From assembly GCA_965140585.1 (NCBI GenBank), contig OZ223264.1:839115-903114 (forward strand): a stretch of DNA of 64,000 nt, read 5' to 3'. The DNA comes from Spirochaetia bacterium (GTDB lineage Bacteria; Spirochaetota; Spirochaetia; UBA9216). Below are positions 46,577-55,709 of the stretch, piece by piece; position 1 is the stretch's first letter, and every line of letters starts with the position of its first letter. A program made the position numbers and the translations under genes. The notes below the pieces were generated by a model. It saw only the letters and a program-made list of their open reading frames with translations, did not search any database and was not told the DNA's origin.

Positions 46577-48121
46577 ATGCAGAAAAAAATTCGATTACTG
46601 TTGTTAATTGTAGTATTAGCATTCAGTATGTTGGCATGCGGAGGCAAAGGCAGCGATGCAGATTCCGCCAAATCAGCAGGAGAGGCAGAACTCTCAAAAT
46701 TGGTGGTAGCAATACCGGATGATCCCGGTACTTTAACCTTTCTTTCAGCAATGGGTTCGCAATCCTATTACAATATTGTAGGGCAGATGTATGACTGCCT
46801 GTTCGAATATGGTGTTAATAATGAGATGACCCCTGAACTTGCTGAATCCTGGGAAAAGGTAGACGATTTACACTACATTTTTAATCTGCGCAAAGATGTA
46901 AAATTTTCAGACGGGCGTGAATTTACAGTTGAGGATGTTGTTTTTTCCATGAATATTGCAGCTACAGACCCCGCACAAAGCCAGGCGGTTGCAGGTATTG
47001 TATTGGAGGATCTCAAGATTATCGATGACTATACGATTGAGGTTCCCTTAAAAACAGCGTCTCTCCCTAACTTTGTAAATATCGGATCTGTAAGGATAAC
47101 CAAAGAAGTAGCGTACAACGAGAGTCCTGATCAGCTGAAGACATCTACCTACGGTACCGGTGCCTATATGCTGAAATCATACAAACCCGGTAACTCTGTT
47201 ACACTGGTTAAAAACCCCTACTATTGGGGAGAAGAGCCGTCCATTGATGAAGTTGAGATGAAGATAATATCAGATCCTTCACAGCGAACAAATGCTCTTG
47301 TAGCAGGCGATGTCGATATAATTCAGAATCCATCAATCAATGATCTAACGTATTTTAAAGAAGAGGAAAATTTTGAAGTTAACAGTCTTATTACCTGGAA
47401 ATCAGATGGTTTCTTTTTTAATACTACTTCAAACTCTCCATGTGAAGATGTGCATTTAAGAAGAGCAATTGCCTATGCCATCGACAAAGAAGGAATTCTC
47501 AATACCGTATTCTACGGATTCGGATCGCCTTCTGTATCTCCCTTTACTGAAACTTTCATTGACTTTGATGAGGCCTATATTGCCGACGGTTACTATGATT
47601 ATAATGTTGAAAAAGCTAAAGAGGAGCTTGCCAAAGCTAATATTCCTGCGGACATGATGCTTAAAATAATCATCAATAATTCAGCTGATAGTCAGTCCGT
47701 ATCCCAGATAATACAGTCGCTACTGTCTACAGTAGGGATTGTATCTGAGATTGTCTCATACGATTCAGCAGTCTATTTCGGTACAATGAGAGATTCTTCC
47801 AGCGGCTGGGATATTGCCTTGAACTATACAACCTGCCCCAGCGGTCTGGCTTCAGACCTTGTAAACGCCTGGGTACTTCACCTTGGTATTTCCGGGTACA
47901 GAGATCCGGATATGGTAGGTGCTATCGATACTGCGCTTCAGCTGGGTAATGTAGATGAAATGGCCCCTTCAACTGAAGTTGTGTATAAAAAAGTAATCGA
48001 TGATTTGCCGTTCTTTTCTTATATCCAGACTGCAGTTAATATTGCATACAACAGCAAGGTTGAGGATTTTGACTGGTGGGGTCGAGGGAATATGAAATTC
48101 CGTCTGTATTCAGTAGAATAA
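46577..48121 (+). CDS. ABC transporter substrate-binding lipoprotein, family 5 (peptide/oligosaccharide)
   Basis: 514 aa. Signal peptide with lipobox LACGG. Typical family-5 SBP size and motifs (FSDGREFTVEDVVFS). Confidence 0.85.
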   Translation: MQKKIRLLLLIVVLAFSMLACGGKGSDADSAKSAGEAELSKLVVAIPDDPGTLTFLSAMGSQSYYNIVGQMYDCLFEYGVNNEMTPELAESWEKVDDLHYIFNLRKDVKFSDGREFTVEDVVFSMNIAATDPAQSQAVAGIVLEDLKIIDDYTIEVPLKTASLPNFVNIGSVRITKEVAYNESPDQLKTSTYGTGAYMLKSYKPGNSVTLVKNPYYWGEEPSIDEVEMKIISDPSQRTNALVAGDVDIIQNPSINDLTYFKEEENFEVNSLITWKSDGFFFNTTSNSPCEDVHLRRAIAYAIDKEGILNTVFYGFGSPSVSPFTETFIDFDEAYIADGYYDYNVEKAKEELAKANIPADMMLKIIINNSADSQSVSQIIQSLLSTVGIVSEIVSYDSAVYFGTMRDSSSGWDIALNYTTCPSGLASDLVNAWVLHLGISGYRDPDMVGAIDTALQLGNVDEMAPSTEVVYKKVIDDLPFFSYIQTAVNIAYNSKVEDFDWWGRGNMKFRLYSVE

Positions 48122-48202
48122 TTTAATTTAGCTTCTTTTAATATATATCCGCCGGCAGTTTAATCTGGTCGGCGGAATAATTGTCATGCAGGAGATCATT
48201 CA

Positions 48203-48997
48203 ATGGCATCAATCAGTTGTACTTTCTATTCAGAAATTTTGGAAAAAGAGGTGCAGGCGTTTGTTTTTCTCCCTGCGTTTACTTTCAAGGACAAAGGATT
48301 CCCGGAAGAAGAAAGATATTTCAAAAAACGTAAATTTAAAACTCTTGTATTATTGCATGGTTATTCGGGAACCTTTTCATCCTGGCAAAGAAATACCCGG
48401 CTTGAATATTATGCCGAACAAAATGATTTGGCGGTTATCTGTCCCGACGGTAATAACGGACATTACAGCGACTGGGAAAGTGGTCCAAGGTATCTGAGCT
48501 TTCTTAATGATGAATTTTTACCTGCTACTCGCTCAATGTTTCCGCTTTCAACTGAAAAAGAGGATAATTTTATCGGTGGTTATTCAATGGGCGGCTACGG
48601 TGCGGTAAAATGGGCTTTTACATATCCCGATATTTTTTCCCATGTAATAAATTTTTCCGGCGGTCTGAACATTTTACCGCGGATTGAGTATTACAAAAAA
48701 ATGATAGGTGTTGAACAGACAAAAGCGGTTTTCGGAAATCTAGACGAAATAGAAAACAGCCGTCATGATATTTACTGGCTTATGCAGGAATATATGAAAA
48801 ATGATAATTCCCGATTGCGCATTTACTCCTGTTCAGGTACGGAGGACCTTCCTGCAACGGAAGCACATATGTTATTTGTAAGAATCGCCGAGAAACTTGG
48901 CTATGATATTACTACTTTCACTGGTCCGGGAGGACATGATTTTGATTTTTGGGATGAGGTATTAAAAAAAGTGATTTATCAGTGGCTTCCGCTCTAA
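48203..48997 (+). CDS. Esterase-D / putative-esterase family serine hydrolase
   Basis: 264 aa. LLHGYSGT, GGYSMGGYGA (GxSxG), and C-terminal GGHDFDFW. Confidence 0.75.
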   Translation: MASISCTFYSEILEKEVQAFVFLPAFTFKDKGFPEEERYFKKRKFKTLVLLHGYSGTFSSWQRNTRLEYYAEQNDLAVICPDGNNGHYSDWESGPRYLSFLNDEFLPATRSMFPLSTEKEDNFIGGYSMGGYGAVKWAFTYPDIFSHVINFSGGLNILPRIEYYKKMIGVEQTKAVFGNLDEIENSRHDIYWLMQEYMKNDNSRLRIYSCSGTEDLPATEAHMLFVRIAEKLGYDITTFTGPGGHDFDFWDEVLKKVIYQWLPL

Positions 48998-49027
48998 AAC
49001 CTTAAAAGATTTCAGGACTTACAATAA

Positions 49028-49621
49028 ATGAACATTACTGACAGAATAATAAAACACGTATACAGCACAGATTTTAAGGATATTCCAGAGGCAGTGATAA
49101 ATATTCAGAAGAAAGCACTAATCGATGCTGTTGCTGTATCCTTTGCCGCCTCTTCAAAAGGCGAGAGTTGCGGTGAATTCATCGGGCTTGCTAAAGATCT
49201 TGGAGGAGCGGAGTCTTGTGTAGTGATAGGCTGCGGGTTTAAAGCTTCTCCCGTTGGAGCGGCTCTTGCAAACGGTGCAATGGCTCATGCGATGGATTAT
49301 GAGGATGCGCATGATCTTTCCTGTATACATTCCAACGCAGTCTCTACAGCGGCAGCACTTACGATGGCGGATCTTAAAAGGCCGGATGTCCGGAAAGGAT
49401 TTTCTTGCTGCACTGACATTAGTAAGCGATATCTCCATAAAATAACGGATGTTTTCTATATGCCGGTAGATATTCCTGAAAATTGCTCGCCGGTTATCGT
49501 TGAACCTGAAAATCCAAAATTCAATGAGATAAATAATTATATAGAAAAGATTACAAGAGCAGAAAACATTGATACGGAATTTACTGTTTGCGGTAACGAA
49601 ATAAAGATTAATCTGAAATAA
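49028..49621 (+). pseudogene. MmgE/PrpD-family remnant (N-terminal ~120 aa intact, then frameshift and deletion)
   Basis: The N-terminus ...ALIDAVAVSFAASS...ALANGAMAHAMDYEDAH... is PrpD-like. The continuation SGKDFLAALTLVSDISIK lies in another frame (ORF 49254-49445). The total of 197 aa compares with about 450 in intact members. Confidence 0.6.
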
Positions 49622-49641
49622 TATTTTAGGGAGGATTTGAT

Positions 49642-50442
49642 ATGGGGTTCTTCAGATATACATTTTTATCGGTAATTCTGGAATGTACAACATCAATTAC
49701 CGTTACATTACCAGATTTTGAGCGGCAGCATAGGGATAAATCCCTTGATGATATTTATCTCGAAGGTGTCAAACTGCCCACCATTTACCTGCTTCACGGC
49801 GGAAGTGGTGATTCTTCTGATTGGTTAAGAAAGACTCAGATAGAGCTGCTATCGAATGAAATGGGTTTCATGACCGTCTCGATTGATGCTTTGGAGAGTT
49901 TTTACTCCGATATGATACATGGCAGGGATTATTTTACCTATCTGACTGAAGAAGTCCCCCGGATAGTTCAGCGACTGTTCCCCTCGTCTCCGTACAGGAA
50001 AGATAACTATATTGCCGGTTTTTCTATGGGCGGACACGGTGCCATGAAAGTAGCATTAAGGTGTCCCGAAAAATTTACAGCAGTTCTGGCCCTCTCCGGA
50101 GCCAAAGACATGGTGAAGATGGCAAAGCTTGCCGAAGAAATGGGGATCATTGCGTCTAACAGCACTGTAGACGAGGCCTTCGGCTCGATTGACAATATCT
50201 ATGACTCAGAGAATGATCTCTTGTTTCTGGCAAAAGAATTAAAGAAGTCAGGAAAACAGCAGCCTGAGATCTTTCTGGGCTGCGGTACCGAAGACTATGG
50301 TTATGAATTATGCCGTGAATACAGTTCTTTTCTGAAAAAAACAGGCTTGAAAAATGAGTTCATTTCCATTCCGGGAAAGCATGATTATTTTTTCGTCAAT
50401 CAGATGATAACCAAAGCAGTTAAAGAATTATTTAAATTATGA
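49642..50442 (+). CDS. Esterase-D / putative-esterase family serine hydrolase (second copy, diverged)
   Basis: 266 aa. LLHGGSGDSSDW, AGFSMGGHGA (GxSxG), GKHDYFF. Confidence 0.75.
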   Translation: MGFFRYTFLSVILECTTSITVTLPDFERQHRDKSLDDIYLEGVKLPTIYLLHGGSGDSSDWLRKTQIELLSNEMGFMTVSIDALESFYSDMIHGRDYFTYLTEEVPRIVQRLFPSSPYRKDNYIAGFSMGGHGAMKVALRCPEKFTAVLALSGAKDMVKMAKLAEEMGIIASNSTVDEAFGSIDNIYDSENDLLFLAKELKKSGKQQPEIFLGCGTEDYGYELCREYSSFLKKTGLKNEFISIPGKHDYFFVNQMITKAVKELFKL

Positions 50443-51629
50443 CAGATTCTGACAAACTGTTTTCTAGAGACTATATTCTTATATCCATTCTGGGCCTGCT
50501 TATTAGATTCAGCATGTTTATTAAGATGACTATTCAGCCGCTTTACCTTATTAATCTCTTTTCATCCAAAACTGTAGCGGGATTGGCTGTGACTGTATTC
50601 ACAATATCCGCACTGGTGCTCCGGCCTCTGTCCGGGAGAATAATCGATAAATACGGACGAAGGAATATGTTTTTTTGGGGGACAGTAACCTTTTCGCTGA
50701 CAACTCTACCTTTGGGTTTTATCGACAATCTTTTTATAATATATATCTTCCAGGCAGTTGGAGGAATCGCTTTTTCAATTCAATCAGTCGCCGACACAAC
50801 GATGGTCACGGATGTTGTTCCTGAATCAAAACTGACACAGGGTCTCGGATATTATGGATTAACGGCAACTCTTGCACAGGCTCTGGGACCCTCCGTAGGG
50901 CTATTGTTAATTTCAGCTTATAATTACAGTATTAGCTTCCTTATAACCGGAGCAATTAATCTTATTTCAATATTTCTTGTATTTTTAATAGCTTATGAAA
51001 AACAACCTGCTTATATTCGTTCAGTTGCGGAACGAATACGGAACAGGAGTGATGTTAAACGGACATTTCTTGACAATCTTATAGCAAGAAGTGCGGCATA
51101 TCCTTCCCTGTATATTGGCATTCTTTCTTTTATCGGTGCCTCAATAGGTACTTTTCTTGTGCCGTATGCAAAGCTGTCAGGAATACCAAGCATCGGTCTA
51201 TACTTTTCATTCAGAGCCATTGGTGTTGCATTGTCGCGGATGTTTGTCAGCCGGGTAACAGATGCTTTGGGAAAATTCAAATCATTGATTCTAAGTATGC
51301 TCCTGATTGTATTCGGGACAACAGGAATCCTTTTCATGAGTAATATTTTTATGGTGGTACTGGTAGCGCTTTTATATGGTATCGGATTTGGAATAGCCTC
51401 GGTGGTGTTAAACGTAGGTGCAGTAATTAACACTCCTCAAGTCAATAGAGCCGCCGCAAATGCAACCTTCTTTTTGATGATAGATGCGGGTATTGGATTA
51501 GGCTCGGTAACATGGGGTATTATAGGCGATACTCTGGGAATTAGCAGTATATTTATTGGTTCAGCCATTATGTCACTTTTCGTTTTTATAGTATTTGCAG
51601 GAATGAAGAAAAGTCGTGAGATATTCTGA
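50439..51629 (+). CDS. MFS transporter
   Basis: 396 aa, about 12 TM segments. MFS loop motif GRIIDKYGRR. ATGA overlap with the esterase gene. Confidence 0.85.
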   Translation: MTDSDKLFSRDYILISILGLLIRFSMFIKMTIQPLYLINLFSSKTVAGLAVTVFTISALVLRPLSGRIIDKYGRRNMFFWGTVTFSLTTLPLGFIDNLFIIYIFQAVGGIAFSIQSVADTTMVTDVVPESKLTQGLGYYGLTATLAQALGPSVGLLLISAYNYSISFLITGAINLISIFLVFLIAYEKQPAYIRSVAERIRNRSDVKRTFLDNLIARSAAYPSLYIGILSFIGASIGTFLVPYAKLSGIPSIGLYFSFRAIGVALSRMFVSRVTDALGKFKSLILSMLLIVFGTTGILFMSNIFMVVLVALLYGIGFGIASVVLNVGAVINTPQVNRAAANATFFLMIDAGIGLGSVTWGIIGDTLGISSIFIGSAIMSLFVFIVFAGMKKSREIF

Positions 51630-51679
51630 TTTTGAAGATTTTACTGTTCGTTTGTTTTTTACATATTCAAGCACATGAG

Positions 51680-52409
51680 TTATTTTTTTACATCTTTAAT
51701 CACTTGATCGATAATAATGGTGGTGTATGTGTCGGTTTGATTCGCTGAAGCTCGCTATATTCTGTTTCATCTGCTCAAAGGTTGATGCCCCTGAAAGGTT
51801 CCATTACCCATACAGGTATTTTATAATGTTTAAGCAGCTCCACCTTAGCTTCAGCATCCTGGAAGGACCAGTCAACATAGTTAAGCTGCAGCTGACCGAA
51901 TTCCATATGCTCGCCATAGGCTTCAAGAAAACGTTTTATCACTTCGTAACTTCCATGTGCTGAAAAACCGAGGTGTTTTATTCTTCCGTTTTTTTTCTGC
52001 TCAAGAAGGTACTTAAGAATACCCTATCTTTCATTGAGATAGGCATCGATATTAATTTCGCAGACATTATGAAAGAGGTAGAAATCAAAATATTCAACAC
52101 CGCATTTTTTCAGCTGTTCTTCGAAGATTTCCTCCACCTTATCCATGTTGGACAGATCGTATACGGAGAATTTTGTTGCAAGATAAAATTTATTCCTGGG
52201 ATAGTTGCCCAGGATTCGGCCTATTACTGTTTCTGACTGTCCGTCATGATAGCCGCATGCAGTATCAAAATAATTAACTCCATTATCAAATGCATATTTA
52301 ACCATATCAGCGGCTGCCTGCTCATCTATCTGACCGTCATTACCGGCAGTCTCATTGTTCCCATACCCAGAAGGGACAGATCCTTGTCTTTAAATTTCCT
52401 GTAGATCAT
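51680..52409 (-). pseudogene. Aldo/keto reductase with multiple lesions
   Basis: MIYRKFKDKDLSLLGMGTMRLP, then a frameshift, then NDGQIDEQAAADMVKYAFDNGVNYFDTA. An in-frame TAG lies at 52024-52026 between ...AYLNER and GILKYLLEQKKNGRIKHLGFSAHG. The frame ends early after EPFRG. A C-terminal remnant EQMKQNI... follows directly, implying an internal deletion of about 100 aa. Confidence 0.8.
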
Positions 52410-53156
52410 TTATTTAACCTCGTTGATGCAGCGTAAGGCATTAAGACTTCTGGGATAGCCTATAAAAGGAAGACACCGCGACAGAATCTTAATAAGAAAT
52501 GCTTTATCATTTCCTACGTTAATGTTGCCGGCCACATGCCCCATAAGCTGAGGTTCGCATCCGCCCTGGGCAGCAAGGAAACAGAAGGTGATCATTTCTC
52601 TTTGCGCAAGATCAAGGCCTGTTCTTGTGTAATAATCACCGAAACAGTTATCTGCAAGCCAGCGGTTTATATGTCTGCTTTCTTCGGGGCCGGATTTCCA
52701 GAAATCTTTCATCTGTTCACCGAAGATCTCAACCTGAGCCTGGCTTCCGGCGGGGAGTCTTGTATCAGAGTCGGTTGTAGCCTGAGGAGGCAGGGGCAGT
52801 TCAATTCCATGCTGTGACAGGATTTCATTGACTGCTTTAAGAAATGGCTGTACCCGTCCTATGCCGAGGTAGGCTGTGGCCTGATACACTGTTTCCTTGA
52901 CTTCAACCGGTGTAACTCCGAAATTCAGCGCAGCGGGCAGCATTACCTTAAACTCATCAATTCCCTGGCAGCCGAGAAGGGCTGCAAGAATAGCAAGCAT
53001 TCTGGTTTTATCATCAAGATTATCAGTGTTTACAACTTCATCAAAGGCAAAATTGTTAAAAATCTCAACAAACTCAGGATCTGTTTTCATTAAATCCGGA
53101 GTAATGCCAGGAAGCATTCTTTCATGGTATTCTTTTGCTTTACTTGTAATAGACAT
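52410..53156 (-). CDS. Carboxymuconolactone decarboxylase (AhpD-like) family protein, two-domain
   Basis: 248 aa. Two CMD-like repeats (DDKTRMLAILAALLGCQG...; AQREMITFCFLAAQGGCEPQL). Its stop abuts the AKR start codon. Confidence 0.75.
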   Translation of the reverse strand: MSITSKAKEYHERMLPGITPDLMKTDPEFVEIFNNFAFDEVVNTDNLDDKTRMLAILAALLGCQGIDEFKVMLPAALNFGVTPVEVKETVYQATAYLGIGRVQPFLKAVNEILSQHGIELPLPPQATTDSDTRLPAGSQAQVEIFGEQMKDFWKSGPEESRHINRWLADNCFGDYYTRTGLDLAQREMITFCFLAAQGGCEPQLMGHVAGNINVGNDKAFLIKILSRCLPFIGYPRSLNALRCINEVK

Positions 53157-53165
53157 AATTATTCC

Positions 53166-53570
53166 TTATTTCAGTTTGCTGTAATGTTCATCGTCAACAG
53201 CTTCAAGCCATTCTGTTTTTCCGTTTACTCCCGGAATCTCAACTGCAATATGGACAAACCAGCTGTCTTTAGCCGCACCATGCCAGTGTTTAACTCCCTG
53301 GGGAATATTTACAACATCACCTGCCTGAAGTTCCTGTGCTTCCTTTCCTTCTTCCTGGTACCATCCGCGGCCGCCGGTAACAAGCAGAATCTGTCCGCCC
53401 TTTTTATCGGCCATGTGAATGTGCCAGTTATTTCTGCATCCGGGTTCGAAAGTTACATTGGCAGTAATAAGTCCGTCTCTGGTCCGCAGTTTTAAATAGC
53501 TTTTGCCAATAAAATAATCTCCGAAGGGATTAATTTCACTATAAAAATTGCCTATTCCTCCGAAATGCAG
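53166..53570 (-). CDS. Cupin-domain protein (canonical start codon missing)
   Basis: Cupin core GCRNNWHIH...GDVVNIPQGVKHWHGA. The first ATG (53414) lies in the middle of the domain. The frame is open for 52 more codons back to CTG 53570, which follows a GAGG RBS. No ATG, GTG or TTG exists in that stretch. Confidence 0.6.
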   Translation of the reverse strand: MHFGGIGNFYSEINPFGDYFIGKSYLKLRTRDGLITANVTFEPGCRNNWHIHMADKKGGQILLVTGGRGWYQEEGKEAQELQAGDVVNIPQGVKHWHGAAKDSWFVHIAVEIPGVNGKTEWLEAVDDEHYSKLK

Positions 53571-53640
53571 GACTATTTACCTCTAAAACAGCTTAATTTA
53601 TGCTTAATATCTTATTACAGTCAGTTAATGAGGTGAAAAT

Positions 53641-54522
53641 ATGGGCACAGGAACCGAACAAATGAAAAAACTGCTTCTTGAATATCTTCCAAAAGAGAAA
53701 GCTGTTGATACTGCAATAAGGGGAGTCAGAATCTTCAGGCGTGATGAGCCCTATGATCCGAAGCCTCTTATATATAAGCCCCAGATTATTATCCTGGCCC
53801 AGGGACGGAAGGACCTTTACATTGGTGATAGGAAATATACCTATGATGCTGATAACTACATAGTTTTGACTGTACCTCTTCCTGTTGTCTGTGAAGCAAT
53901 TATAAAGAAGGGAGAACCGATGCTCGGAATGGTGATAGAAATAGAACCGCAGATTATCGGAGAGATCCTTTATGAGATGGATGTGGAGCCTGTGAAGAAG
54001 CCGGTGCTGAATAACAGCATGTATCAGGCTGCAGTGTCGGATGAGATTATTGATGCTGCTTTACGGCTTTTAAAGACCCTCAGATCAAAAAATGAAACTA
54101 GAATTCTTGGTCAGATCTATGTGAAAGAAATTCTGTTCAAAGTTCTTAACGGTGAGCATGGGGAGATTCTGAAGGAACTTGCTTTCAATAACAGGAGCCT
54201 TTACCAGATTTCAAGAGCTATAAACAGGATTCATGAAGATTTTCCCAAGCCTCTTGAGGTTCAGACTCTGGCAAAGGAAGCGGGAATGAGTGTTTCCACC
54301 TTCCACAGCAACTTTAAAGATATTACCAGTACCTCGCCTCTTCAGTATATAAAGAATATCCGGCTACATAAGGCCAAGGAACTGATTCAGCAGGAAGGTG
54401 AGAAGGTATACGAAGCCGCTGTAAGAGTGGGCTATGAGAGTTCTTCCCAGTTCAACAGGGAGTATAAACGGCTTTTTGGAATTACACCGGCAAAGGATAG
54501 TGTTGCCAGTCCGGTTCATTAA
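53641..54522 (+). CDS. AraC family transcriptional regulator
   Basis: 293 aa. C-terminal double HTH (LAKEAGMSVSTFHSNFKDITSTSPLQYIKNIRLHKAKELI...SSSQFNREYKRLFGITP). Divergent from the cupin-CMD-AKR unit. Confidence 0.85.
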   Translation: MGTGTEQMKKLLLEYLPKEKAVDTAIRGVRIFRRDEPYDPKPLIYKPQIIILAQGRKDLYIGDRKYTYDADNYIVLTVPLPVVCEAIIKKGEPMLGMVIEIEPQIIGEILYEMDVEPVKKPVLNNSMYQAAVSDEIIDAALRLLKTLRSKNETRILGQIYVKEILFKVLNGEHGEILKELAFNNRSLYQISRAINRIHEDFPKPLEVQTLAKEAGMSVSTFHSNFKDITSTSPLQYIKNIRLHKAKELIQQEGEKVYEAAVRVGYESSSQFNREYKRLFGITPAKDSVASPVH

Positions 54523-54580
54523 AAAAACTTTTAATTTAACCCGCTGTGAAATACATGATAATATAGCTCAGGAGTGAAAC

Positions 54581-55303
54581 ATGAAACAGCCGCATATATT
54601 ATGTGATTCAGAAGATGTAGCAGAAAGAGTTCTTCTGCCCGGAGATCCTGCCCGTGTGTTCAGGGTAGCAGAGCTCCTTGATAATGTCCGTGAGATTGCA
54701 TTCAATAGGGAGTTCAGGACTGTAACCGGAAGCTATAGGGGGACTCCTGTGACAGTTACTTCAACTGGTATAGGCGGGGCATCGGCAGTTATTGCAGTTG
54801 AAGAACTTGCAGCCTGCGGGGCAAAGTCCTTCATCAGAATTGGCAGCTGCGGAGCCTGTCAGCCGGGAATTGCCCTTGGTGATCTGGTTATTTCAACCGG
54901 TTCCGTACGTGAGGACGGGGCTTCCGTGATGTACGCCCCGAAAGAGTTTCCGGCTGTTCCTGACTTCTCACTTTTATCGGCTCTTGTTAAAGCCTGTTCC
55001 GATGCCGGTTATTCTTATCATACCGGGATTACACGCAGCCATGATTCCTTCTATATAGATCATGAGGCTGAGCTGATGCGCAGGTGGAACAGTCTGGGAG
55101 TTATGGCCTCGGACATGGAAACCTCTGCACTCTTTACGCTTGCATCAATCCGCCGGGTTCGGGCGGCATCAATCCTTAATAATGTTGTATTGTATGAGGG
55201 CGATGTGAAGGAAGGAGTCGGTGACTATGTTGATGAAGCTGCCGCAGCCGCTGAGGGAGAAAAGAAGGAAATCCTTGCAGCACTGAATGCCTTGGTAATC
55301 TGA
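54581..55303 (+). CDS. Nucleoside phosphorylase (PNP/UDP family 1; uridine or purine nucleoside phosphorylase)
   Basis: 240 aa. LLPGDPARV, TSTGIGGAS, MASDMETSALFTLA. Confidence 0.8.
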   Translation: MKQPHILCDSEDVAERVLLPGDPARVFRVAELLDNVREIAFNREFRTVTGSYRGTPVTVTSTGIGGASAVIAVEELAACGAKSFIRIGSCGACQPGIALGDLVISTGSVREDGASVMYAPKEFPAVPDFSLLSALVKACSDAGYSYHTGITRSHDSFYIDHEAELMRRWNSLGVMASDMETSALFTLASIRRVRAASILNNVVLYEGDVKEGVGDYVDEAAAAAEGEKKEILAALNALVI

Positions 55304-55305
55304 AC

Positions 55306-55608
55306 TCATCCTCCGCCGAGCAGAACCTTGAAGATAATCTTCTCACCATCTGAAACTTCAGTCCTGTCCAGTGCATAGGGGCCGATCACCTCACCCATAT
55401 ACTCGGTTTTAATCGGATGCCGCATCATTTTCCTGTTATGATCGAATATTTTATCCCAAAGTTCCGGAGTCTCTTTATAAAGACTGGTAATAATATCAGC
55501 GATTGAGTCTCCTGAATTAAACTTGGTTTTTACAGTATAGGGGCCGGGTTTTTCTGTCTGAAAGTGATAGGAAAGAGGCGGATAAATCTGAACTTCGGCT
55601 TTAGGCAT
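55306..55608 (-). CDS. MoaD/ThiS-family beta-grasp (ubiquitin-like sulfur-carrier-type) protein
   Basis: 100 aa ending ...SDGEKIIFKVLLGGG then a stop. The pattern (YPPL... GDSIADIITSLYKETPEL ... DG[DE]x[IV] ... GG-COOH) matches the MoaD family. Confidence 0.6.
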   Translation of the reverse strand: MPKAEVQIYPPLSYHFQTEKPGPYTVKTKFNSGDSIADIITSLYKETPELWDKIFDHNRKMMRHPIKTEYMGEVIGPYALDRTEVSDGEKIIFKVLLGGG

Positions 55609-55709
55609 TTCTGATATCTCCGGTGAGTTATCATACCAAACTTTATTAAATTTTTCATCATTAGCTATTGTTTATTAATACTCCTGAATATAGATTCAAA
55701 TTATATATT

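Noticed and set aside
48186-48497. 103-aa ORF overlapping the start of the first esterase gene in another frame.
   Set aside because: The esterase frame carries the family motifs. The alternative frame is Arg/Lys/Ser-rich with no features.
52024-52026. In-frame TAG in the aldo/keto reductase as possible recoding (pyrrolysine or read-through).
   Set aside because: The same gene also has a frameshift near its 5' end and an internal deletion, and no pyl genes are visible. A plain nonsense mutation in a pseudogene is the simplest reading.
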